A stretch of DNA of 64,000 bases from a virus (Duplodnaviria; Caudoviricetes): IMG/VR virus record IMGVR_UViG_3300024262_000013; one strand, 5' to 3'. The notes under the pieces were generated by a model. That model was not told the DNA's origin. It ran no database searches and saw only the letters and a list, made by a program, of their open reading frames with translations. Each line of letters opens with the position of its first letter. Positions within the stretch are counted from its first letter, which is position 1. Made by a program: the position numbers and the translations under genes. Shown in pieces: positions 56,501-64,000 of the stretch.

Positions 56501-58564
56501 GTTTTAAATAATATAAACGCTACGCCACAATTCGCGGACGTTACTAATAATAATGACGATGACTTATTTCATGGGTCTTATTTATTTACACCTACTACAA
56601 GTGCATTTAGTTCCTTTACAACTACCGCCCTTGCTTACTATTCGTCATTAGGTGTACAATGGGGTTCTTCAACATACATTAATAATAATGGTAGTACTGA
56701 TGGGAAAACTGTTAATACTCTCAGTAATGCAATTGCGGGTTCTTCATTAAATGACATAATGTCAATAAGTACTAGTGTAGGAACTAATGGTCAGGGACGT
56801 ATTGACGGTGCGTCGTATCAATGGACTAATATACAACCTAATTCAAATTTAAACTTCAATAACCCATCTCATAAAGGATTGACTATTTCTCCGTCATATT
56901 GGGTTTGGAATTCAATCGCTCCTAAAATAACTATAAGTAACTCGGATAAATTAGTTTTTAGGTCAGATAGATTACCTACTTCCTCAGTGAGAGACGTAGG
57001 CGGAACTTTCGCACCATACCAAGATTTTCCTTTACATTTAAATGAATCATTTACGTATTGGACCATTTCTGACAATGGTCAGAGCACCACAGTACCACCT
57101 AATAGTTCCGTGGGTAGTACAGATTCGTCTGGAAATATGGGTGACTTTGATGACGACCCCGACTCTAATTTCATGGCTAATGGGATTTTAGAAAGCTTCA
57201 CATGTGAAGGGTTAAAAGTTTTAGAATGTTATACAGGGGACGGGGATACTTTCGCAATAGATGACCCATGTGATTTAGATGATAGAACTCAAGGAGGATG
57301 TTACGTATTTGTAGATAACCCACTTATCGTTAGTATACCAAAAGATTTTAAATTTTTCTTTGAATGGAGAACGAGGTTTAGATTCATGTTTGGAGCGTGT
57401 AGAGGAGTTATTGGACATATGTTTCAAAATAACTGGATTAATGGTACCTTATACATGCCATCATTTCAAAAAAAGACTTTTTATAATAGTGATAATGAGG
57501 TAAAACGTTATAAGTATTGTGGTGACCCTCAATCAGGTTCAGGGGGACTATTCTTTGCTAATAGAGTAAACTGTGGTCCAATATATTTTAATACTGATAG
57601 TAACTCATTCTTCTATAGGTCGGCACCTTACTATAATGGAAATTTTAAACCCCAAACCCAATGTGACGGGGCACTTAATTCTATAGGGGGAAACGAGGGT
57701 AATATTTGGCAACCAACAACAATAATGGATTTGGGACCTAAAACTGACTTTCTAAAAGAAATTTTATTAACTCCAGAATTTCAAGGATATATTATTGATG
57801 AGGTTGAAAGTTCATCATATCAAGACATATCAGGATTATTAAATTTATTTATTATCTCACGATTAATTAGCTCATCTTTCTTAAATAATATTTTAGCTTC
57901 GGGAGACTCTTCGATACAAAAATTATTTTCTAGAGATAACGGAAATAATTTAATACAAAGATTTTTTGATTCAAGAGTTGACGGAGACTACGCTCAAATG
58001 ATTTCTATTAATACTGAGTTTGGAGTACTACCTTATTTATCAGGTAACTATGAGGATGAAGTTTCGGTGGCTGAGGGTATTATGGGTGTGTGGTTTACGG
58101 GTAGTACTAAAAGTACCTATAACACTATTGGTAGTACAGTTGCGGATAGAAGAATACTAGGTCCTGGCCAACTTACATTTTCAGAAAACCCTCTATTAGT
58201 AAACCAATTTAATTATCCTGGAACGCAAGTAGTACCATTTTATACTTGGAAATACGATAATAATAAATTATGGGGGGGTGAAGAGAATACGTGGAAAACT
58301 AATGTAGCTCAATCAGGACCTTATCAGGACGAGACATTTGATGGGGCTAATGAGTACCCTAAACCTTCTGCGGGGTTAGGTACAGGATATATATTTAATA
58401 GACCTATAAACGTTTATACTAATATAAACGCACCAAATGACGCTACCGGACAGGGTTTTCGAGTCGGTTCTCCGTTCCAAAACTATTTTGGATTGAAAAG
58501 GGGTAAAAGTGCGATGAATAGATTCATAACTAAATTTATATTTAATGCTGATTTAAATGGGTAA
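53522..58564 (+). CDS. Large virion/baseplate-associated protein (1680 aa)
   Basis: N-terminal VVVGRVIANNGLGIPNAHISIF...TNESGDFMIVGVP (carboxypeptidase-regulatory-like beta-sandwich); internal hydrophobic segment; follows gp6. Confidence 0.55.
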   Translation: MPKSIRLRTQPGVDRNINVKIDQDFDSLEILSLKLRQEDLYTQFCADYGVVVGRVIANNGLGIPNAHISIFIPLDAVDEVDPIISTLYPYKSPTTKNEDGYRYNLLPYEDEYYGHNATGTFPTVDDILTRKEVLQVYEKYYKYSVRTNESGDFMIVGVPLGSQKIVMDLDLSNMGEFSLRPSDLIRMGRGVPSQFNGQLFKDSEDISSLPQIMTEIKDIDVGSFWGQDDMCDVGITRVDFDLSDQGVEITPHSTFMGSVFSSNDGDYIKATCKPKKDTGNLCDTVAGPGEILAIRHTIQEDENGDPVLEQYQLEDGGNVIDDNGTWLIDIPMNLEYMTTNEFGERVISIDPTIGVATKSKYRFKIKWQNEAGLQTQIMRANYLIPNIKEHWSQTPESGQNPASIGNSGGVDLNKSYSFSLDWNDYYDKDAAIKCEDTFYLFGYNKVYTTGAHIDRWKYGLSRASHYGIKEILDKSCMSENNRFPMNDGQRNFDFLFFLFNILIGVITPTIFVIIPIMHVLALLYPIFRIIINIILWIVNKLVYAICKVVAFLSRKLKKSDCKKETIKPLSKDNPFKRLTLPMITYPDCEACSCQDTQMAPAESETIDDMDILLANNNESNLADFVSIGAYNDITCYGNNLDDECFACYNGNDNTSLATQYNGVMFSGYDPEVPPTSPYITPPNSWYKTPYSLEEASQQHTVFNTSVPQSLNLMSQRERYFNTLSSGSANDLPNRMRVDVLNNQFSTNGTPQTVPSNGFNRYEDMPLITVMDGNVDMDNGQLLTFVDGELVPDLNVNNTGLTINQYGSQSITGTMVSNLTNYVQRPCTYIKPDGTEVTSLLDLYSPVSGASYTFKSGIEYYQVIGSMSISEIRTYFSGTTANYQDKSILWNYFVDKHTEYFCTGFQLGAVDVVTSKLALDYFDDSDNLKVYFIARGVDPYSPRQTLSYDVSKIFGETSYGNDPNYVFTGEYYPNIPIQKTTGTSDIFTPKPHYPVLNNINATPQFADVTNNNDDDLFHGSYLFTPTTSAFSSFTTTALAYYSSLGVQWGSSTYINNNGSTDGKTVNTLSNAIAGSSLNDIMSISTSVGTNGQGRIDGASYQWTNIQPNSNLNFNNPSHKGLTISPSYWVWNSIAPKITISNSDKLVFRSDRLPTSSVRDVGGTFAPYQDFPLHLNESFTYWTISDNGQSTTVPPNSSVGSTDSSGNMGDFDDDPDSNFMANGILESFTCEGLKVLECYTGDGDTFAIDDPCDLDDRTQGGCYVFVDNPLIVSIPKDFKFFFEWRTRFRFMFGACRGVIGHMFQNNWINGTLYMPSFQKKTFYNSDNEVKRYKYCGDPQSGSGGLFFANRVNCGPIYFNTDSNSFFYRSAPYYNGNFKPQTQCDGALNSIGGNEGNIWQPTTIMDLGPKTDFLKEILLTPEFQGYIIDEVESSSYQDISGLLNLFIISRLISSSFLNNILASGDSSIQKLFSRDNGNNLIQRFFDSRVDGDYAQMISINTEFGVLPYLSGNYEDEVSVAEGIMGVWFTGSTKSTYNTIGSTVADRRILGPGQLTFSENPLLVNQFNYPGTQVVPFYTWKYDNNKLWGGEENTWKTNVAQSGPYQDETFDGANEYPKPSAGLGTGYIFNRPINVYTNINAPNDATGQGFRVGSPFQNYFGLKRGKSAMNRFITKFIFNADLNG

Positions 58565-60305
58565 TCAAAAAAATAATCAAGATATTAGAATTGTTAGGGG
58601 TTCCGACCGTTATGCTGGGGCACCTGATACTGACCTATCTATACAGATACCTATAGAAAACAGTAAGAAAAGTATTATTGAAGGGGACCGAACAGTACTA
58701 TTAAATTTAGAAGAAAGGTTTGACCACGAACGACAAATCTCAACTAAATTTAGAATTGCCGGAAAAATAGTTAACTTGTTTGACAATACTGTTTCGGGTA
58801 GATGTAGTAATTATGCTCCATTTGAGAATGAGTTATATTTACTTAATCCAACACAAGTACTCATTAATTCAGGGGGTTCTATACCAAACGCCATATGGAC
58901 AGGATACCCACCCTATGATGAATTTAATTTTTTTCGTACAACAGGTATACCGAATCATATAATTTATCGTAGTAAAAGTGCCTCTACATATAATTGGTCA
59001 ACGTACATAACTTACCCATATAGTAATGATTCTGGTCAGACAATGACATATACTAATGAGGATAGCGGGAGTAGTCTTTCATTTCAGGTCTCGGATGGTA
59101 TACCGTATTCAATTAAAAATCGAGTCGTGAATGGTAAAAATATGATTAGTTTTTACTGTGGTTATAAACATAATATAAATGAAGGTGATTCTATATATTT
59201 ACAAACCCCTGTAAATGGTAAAAATGTTTTCGAGGTTTATAGTTTAGGTGACCAATCATTTGGAAATGAAGATAAGATAGTTAATGTTTATAACTATGGG
59301 TTTACTGGCGCAACAATTAGTAATGGTGCGATGGGTAACTTAAAAAGGGTTATAAACCCTAAAAATTCAGGAGAAACTATGTCTAAGTATTATGTGAGAA
59401 AACATAAAACATTGACTGATGTATCTAATACTGATTTACATAGGTTAGGTTTTGAAAGAAGTAACTTCCCTATCAGAAAAAAATTAGAATACTCAGCCTT
59501 AACACCTAACCAAGTGGGTAGAATATCTACTAAAGATGGTCGAGACGGAATTGGTTTTTCATTTGATAAAGATATTGACACAATATCTCTTTTGGATAAT
59601 CTTGGTAGACCATTAACCGAATTATTTGTGACAATTATTAATAAAGGGTATATGGGTTACTTTAATAGTCCACCACCTACCACACCCACTAAAGGATTAG
59701 AAATTGGGTGGAGTTTTAATTTCTTAAAAACCACAATAGATAATTGGTGGTCGAAATTAAACGTTAATAATAAAGATAATATTAATGTTGATTTTTATGA
59801 TAAACCAGGGGATAATGGTTTAAATATTAGATTTTATTATAATAAAGATTTACCTATTGGTACCACACTTAAGGGTGATGTATGCGAGTGGAATGAATTC
59901 GAACAAAAGGAAACGGTTACATCCCCAATTTCACATAAATACTCATTTAACCCCTCAGTGTATACAACTTCAGGTACGGTTAATTTACCTGATGGATACA
60001 CATATAGTCCACATCACTCAGTAAAGTTAAGAGTATATTCAGATTATATTGAGGTTGGAGATAGAGACGAGGTCAGTGGTGTACCTGATTACTCGTTCTT
60101 TTCGGAGTATGAAGGACAATGGAGGTGGAGAGACATATATTCCTATGGGTATGTAGATTCAAGTGGAAATGGGGTTAATAATCCTTTTTTAAATGGTGAA
60201 CACTATCCATTTGCTGATGTAATGTTTTTACAAACACCTTTAATGAAAAATAATAACGTTTTCAATAACATAAACTACCAACCTTTAATTGATAATTGTG
60301 AATAA
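58557..60305 (+). CDS. Hypothetical virion protein
   Basis: 582-aa ORF coupled to the upstream gene within the structural operon. Confidence 0.55.
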   Translation: MGNQKNNQDIRIVRGSDRYAGAPDTDLSIQIPIENSKKSIIEGDRTVLLNLEERFDHERQISTKFRIAGKIVNLFDNTVSGRCSNYAPFENELYLLNPTQVLINSGGSIPNAIWTGYPPYDEFNFFRTTGIPNHIIYRSKSASTYNWSTYITYPYSNDSGQTMTYTNEDSGSSLSFQVSDGIPYSIKNRVVNGKNMISFYCGYKHNINEGDSIYLQTPVNGKNVFEVYSLGDQSFGNEDKIVNVYNYGFTGATISNGAMGNLKRVINPKNSGETMSKYYVRKHKTLTDVSNTDLHRLGFERSNFPIRKKLEYSALTPNQVGRISTKDGRDGIGFSFDKDIDTISLLDNLGRPLTELFVTIINKGYMGYFNSPPPTTPTKGLEIGWSFNFLKTTIDNWWSKLNVNNKDNINVDFYDKPGDNGLNIRFYYNKDLPIGTTLKGDVCEWNEFEQKETVTSPISHKYSFNPSVYTTSGTVNLPDGYTYSPHHSVKLRVYSDYIEVGDRDEVSGVPDYSFFSEYEGQWRWRDIYSYGYVDSSGNGVNNPFLNGEHYPFADVMFLQTPLMKNNNVFNNINYQPLIDNCE

Positions 60306-61158
60306 ATTTAGATTTACCGTTAATAATAACGACACACAGATTAATTTACCTATTGAAATTAACTTTGATAATTTTGGTAGGGAAGACTTAATTAAACAGT
60401 ATGAGAATGATGTGCTTGAAGAAATTATTAACCCAGTTGAAGATTTTGAGACCACTAGGTATTCACATAAAGAGTGGTTAACAAATAATAATGAGCCTAA
60501 GAATGGGACAACATATGAGTTTTCATTTTTTAATCGGTCAATAGATATTAGTAATACCGTACCAGGAAATAGTAATTTATGGGTTTCTAATTACAACTAT
60601 GTTGACCCATCAGTTTATAATACATATAGTGGTATAACATTCACTAATAAAGAGTTATATTATTATGTTAATTCGTTTAAAAGGAGTTTTTTCAAGTTAG
60701 ATTTTTACGATTCTAATCAATCTGAAAACCAAAGGTTATATTTCACAATAGTAATACCGACTCAACAAGGAGAAAAACAACAAGTTGATATAGGGAGCCC
60801 AAGTATACCTAAACCTGTCGAGATAAGATTACCAACATTTAATTTAGATTATGTTGGGGATAAGGAAGGTTATTTTATTTATTGGTTAAAAAGTAGGGAA
60901 TATATAGATGTTAACACATTTTATATGTCCGCGAAATTCTTTAATGCTAAACTAGGTCAATTTGTGAGAATGACTAATAGACCACAGTCTAGTATGTCAG
61001 AAAAATTTAAATTTAATAAGTCTGAGTACTTTTATTATAAAGTTGACTTAGACGTTAGTAATTATGAATATGAGGTATTTGAAGGGTACGGATTAGGTAA
61101 TCGAGTTGGTCAGTTAACAAATGGCATAAAATGGTACGAATATGTTAATCCACAATAA
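60298..61158 (+). CDS. Hypothetical virion protein
   Basis: ORF overlapping the upstream stop; GTG at 60298 is the likely start (track starts at 60289). Confidence 0.55.
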   Translation: MNKFRFTVNNNDTQINLPIEINFDNFGREDLIKQYENDVLEEIINPVEDFETTRYSHKEWLTNNNEPKNGTTYEFSFFNRSIDISNTVPGNSNLWVSNYNYVDPSVYNTYSGITFTNKELYYYVNSFKRSFFKLDFYDSNQSENQRLYFTIVIPTQQGEKQQVDIGSPSIPKPVEIRLPTFNLDYVGDKEGYFIYWLKSREYIDVNTFYMSAKFFNAKLGQFVRMTNRPQSSMSEKFKFNKSEYFYYKVDLDVSNYEYEVFEGYGLGNRVGQLTNGIKWYEYVNPQ

Positions 61159-62240
61159 TGGAAGAAAAATATTATATAAAAATATCTCCTGAGTCAATAA
61201 AAGGTGATGTAATAACGGAATACTTTAGTGGTAATACTTTTGGTGTTTATACTGGTATGACTCAAATATTAAGTGGGGGAACTAATGGAGCTAGTTTATT
61301 AACGGGGTTGACCGTTCCGATAGTGTTTAGGCAAACTTATGAAAATTACGGGTTTTATACTCCTTTTGATGGTTTTGCTTTACAACAGGATGTAGTTTCT
61401 AATTTCATAACATCAGGTGACACAACAAATCAATATACTATAAGACTATTTAATACTTCTGATGAGTTTAAAGGGTTTTTAAAGTTAGCAAACTATATGG
61501 TTAATTGGGGTGATGGTAATAGCGAACCATTAACTTCAAACGCGCCACAATTTCTATCCCACACATACCCTAATATACCGACTAATTATACTATTACTTT
61601 AACTCAAAATAATCCATGGGGTCAGACAATAGTAGAAAAAAAGGTATATGTACCAACCACAGGTGTTACAATTAATAATCCTTACGGTAATATTACATTT
61701 ACACCTCAGGGAGGAAGTTGGTCGGGAATACCAATAAATTATAACTATATTTTTACGGGGGATAGTTCAAACACAGTACAAAGTCAGACATCTAATAATT
61801 TTACAACGGTACCATTTATATTAAGTGGTTTTAGTTCTTCAAGATTAACCGAACTAAAACTATACGGTACGACTCAATTTGATGTAACAACAACAGTAGT
61901 TAAGGGAGGTCAACCTTTTGGTAAGGTAGATGAAATAACTAGTGGTTATACATCGTACACAATAAATAATGTTCAGTACTACGATTACCTTGACGGTACA
62001 ACATTTTACATAGCCGAATCTTCAGGATTAACAAGTAATGAGTTAGTTGCATCAGCGATTACGAAACAAGAAGTATTAATTAACGTAGTTGACTCGCCAG
62101 AAATACAATCTGAAATATTTATTGAGAGAGGTAAGCTTTCAGGGTTTGAATCATTACAAAGACTTGGGGAGGTAGATAACTTAGGTGACATGGTATCTTA
62201 TGGGTATGGTTACTATAGAATAAACAATAATAACGAGTAA
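61158..62240 (+). CDS. Hypothetical virion protein with PKD-like segment
   Basis: YMVNWGDG...LSHTY...YTITLT matches the PKD WDFGDG/H-x-Y pattern. Confidence 0.55.
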   Translation: MEEKYYIKISPESIKGDVITEYFSGNTFGVYTGMTQILSGGTNGASLLTGLTVPIVFRQTYENYGFYTPFDGFALQQDVVSNFITSGDTTNQYTIRLFNTSDEFKGFLKLANYMVNWGDGNSEPLTSNAPQFLSHTYPNIPTNYTITLTQNNPWGQTIVEKKVYVPTTGVTINNPYGNITFTPQGGSWSGIPINYNYIFTGDSSNTVQSQTSNNFTTVPFILSGFSSSRLTELKLYGTTQFDVTTTVVKGGQPFGKVDEITSGYTSYTINNVQYYDYLDGTTFYIAESSGLTSNELVASAITKQEVLINVVDSPEIQSEIFIERGKLSGFESLQRLGEVDNLGDMVSYGYGYYRINNNNE

Positions 62241-62245
62241 ATAAA

Positions 62246-63154
62246 ATGGCATTAGGAACATACGGAACAGTAAGACCAGCTGACATGTCTCCAGAAGATG
62301 TAGAGATAATTTTAAATTATACTCCATCAAGAGACGTTACAACAAATTTTGTTTTAACAAAACTGAACGCCGCAGATGTTTTAACACCTTATTTCCACAG
62401 TTCAACAACCGGTGGTAATGCTGATGTTGAAATATTAGGTGGTTTATATAATTTAAAACTCCCAGCTGAAGAATTTAATAAAATTGGTATATATACATTA
62501 TATATAAGACCTGTGGAGATACGGACAACAATTACTGATTGTGGTGTGTTATCATCATTACCTAACGTAAAAGGTATAATCATAGATTTAAATAGTGTAC
62601 CACAAGAGTTTAGAAACAGATTCATAAATCAAGGACTAATCGGGTATCGTATTGAATATTTAAATAGTGACGGCACTAAAATACCGAACTTTTATAGGGT
62701 CGTTACATCGGCATTTTACTGTGAGCCGGTAGTAACTAATTTAAGTAATAGTTCGCAGAAAGCGATTCGTTATAGATATGTTGACGGAGGAAGTGATTTA
62801 ATCTTCTGTACCGTATCACCTTCAAGTGCACCATCTAATAAAGCTAACGCGACACCATTCATTGGTCAACCTAATCAGAATATTGTGATGACTAATACTT
62901 TTTTTAATCCAATAAGTGTTGACGTGGAATTGGCGGAACACGATATAGATACATTAGCTATTGCGCTTTATGGTAATCAGACTAAGAGTATGGAAGACGG
63001 GATATACACAATGTATGATAGTAGTCTTAATATTTACAAACAATATAACTTATTTGAGATTAGAGATGAGTTTAATGATTTACTATATGAGGTTCGACAA
63101 GATAGGGACGATAATATTGATTTTAGTAAGAATTTCAACAATATAATTAACTAA
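62246..63154 (+). CDS. Hypothetical virion protein
   Basis: 302-aa ORF in the structural operon. Confidence 0.55.
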   Translation: MALGTYGTVRPADMSPEDVEIILNYTPSRDVTTNFVLTKLNAADVLTPYFHSSTTGGNADVEILGGLYNLKLPAEEFNKIGIYTLYIRPVEIRTTITDCGVLSSLPNVKGIIIDLNSVPQEFRNRFINQGLIGYRIEYLNSDGTKIPNFYRVVTSAFYCEPVVTNLSNSSQKAIRYRYVDGGSDLIFCTVSPSSAPSNKANATPFIGQPNQNIVMTNTFFNPISVDVELAEHDIDTLAIALYGNQTKSMEDGIYTMYDSSLNIYKQYNLFEIRDEFNDLLYEVRQDRDDNIDFSKNFNNIIN

Positions 63155-63156
63155 GT

Positions 63157-64000
63157 ATGGCAAATAACAACAATAATAAGTATTTCTATCCACCGGCACC
63201 ACCAAGTGCGGACGAATCATTTTCACCAGATTTGGTAGGTCTTCAAGTAGTTGCGGGTGGTGGGTTAACTCAGGGTAATTTTGAGTTTTCTACATCTATT
63301 GTTGAAAAAGTTAATAGAACATTTGAAACTGGTGTTTTTAGTAGTCCTATTTCATTAACAGATTTGGATGTTACGAGTATTGAAGAGTCGAAAGCGATAG
63401 CGATAAAGAATTATAGGGTTTACCCAAATTACGACATTAGTCAAGTTACTAATTACGCTCTTTACGGTTCATTACAAAAAAGACTTTCAGCTTCAATCAC
63501 AAAGATAATTAATTTCTTTCCTGCGTCGATACAAGTTAATAGATTGTCACTACCAACGTATTCAAGTGCTAATACCGCTAATAATATATCGTTCGATAGT
63601 ATTGAACAAGTAACAACATTTACGATGGACGTTACAAGATTCGATAACCCTTTTGATATTGACTACTCGGTGAATGCTGCACGTAATGTTTCTGTTAGAG
63701 CGTACCCAACAAGTCCTTTAAGAGATATGACCACTAACTATAACAAATATGCGTTATACGTTAATGATATGGAAACAGAATATCAGTTTGTTAATTTTAT
63801 AGCGTCACAAAATGTATCTGCGGGTACGGTTACTGTAAGCGTATTAGGCAACCCATTTAGTGGTCTAACAGCTACTACTGATACACTAATTTTAAGACCA
63901 AATACTTTCCAAACTGAATTTGCATTTCAAGAGTATTTTGATGAGGTTGAAGATTTTCTACTTAATAGATTTAGTAATCCTCCATATACCGCAACTTTTG
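63157..64000 (+). CDS. 3'-truncated hypothetical virion protein
   Basis: ATG at 63157 (MANNNNNKYFYPPAPP...), frame open to the window end; not in the ORF track. Confidence 0.6.
   Translation, partial: MANNNNNKYFYPPAPPSADESFSPDLVGLQVVAGGGLTQGNFEFSTSIVEKVNRTFETGVFSSPISLTDLDVTSIEESKAIAIKNYRVYPNYDISQVTNYALYGSLQKRLSASITKIINFFPASIQVNRLSLPTYSSANTANNISFDSIEQVTTFTMDVTRFDNPFDIDYSVNAARNVSVRAYPTSPLRDMTTNYNKYALYVNDMETEYQFVNFIASQNVSAGTVTVSVLGNPFSGLTATTDTLILRPNTFQTEFAFQEYFDEVEDFLLNRFSNPPYTATF

Noticed and set aside
960-63146. Many short ORF-track entries antisense or out of frame within long genes (e.g. 960-1181, 3986-4189, 8563-8865, 12795-13139, 16899-17264, 25228-25602, 32916-33236, 39699-40007, 42392-42772)
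   Set aside because: They lie wholly or mostly within well-supported genes, have no start signals or recognisable motifs, and look like shadow ORFs.
1-64000. Stop-codon reassignment (as in some large Bacteroidota phages)
   Set aside because: Genes up to 6.6 kb are intact in code 11, and TAG and TGA both end real genes (e.g. 22222, 28233, 12314, 25931).
1-64000. CRISPR array, tRNA genes, IS elements or transposases
   Set aside because: Intergenic gaps are short (mostly under 140 nt) and show no repeat-spacer pattern, cloverleaf or transposase motifs.

Overview
This AT-rich 64 kb window comes from a large contractile-tailed (myovirus, distantly T4-like) bacteriophage read in the standard genetic code. 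From left to right it holds: (1) a glycosyltransferase cluster with dUTPase and a stand-alone 3'-5' exonuclease; (2) minus-strand hypothetical genes including a stand-alone WYL domain; (3) a Cys-rich LamG-like protein and two BppU-like paralogs; (4) family B DNA polymerase; (5) neck protein, a superoxide dismutase fused to a PD-(D/E)XK-like domain, and an SNF2/HARP-like helicase; (6) the tail module (head closure, terminator, sheath, tube, chaperone pair, tape measure, tube-initiator-like protein with an OmpA-like insert, LysM/gp53-like protein, 2.2k-aa hub-like protein); (7) a replication block (gp32-like SSB, RecA/UvsX, 5'-3' exonuclease, DnaB-like helicase, ATP-cone-NrdB, NrdA); and (8) baseplate wedge gp25/gp6 plus further large virion genes. 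I saw no capsid, terminase, tRNA, CRISPR or mobile element. A Bacteroidota (probably Flavobacteriia) host is inferred from a TTTG-N20-TAnnTTTG promoter, SD-less A-rich leaders and an RNR pair of the Flavobacterium/Leeuwenhoekiella type. The most notable observations are a probable +1 programmed frameshift in the tail chaperone pair, the SOD-nuclease fusion, a recurrent [ST]-G-x-T motif in virion proteins alongside the glycosyltransferase cluster (candidate virion glycosylation system), a strand-tracking TATTTAT(A/C) late-promoter motif, and an unannotated RHH gene with a tandem-repeat operator candidate. All assignments rest on manual motif reading; no database searches were run.
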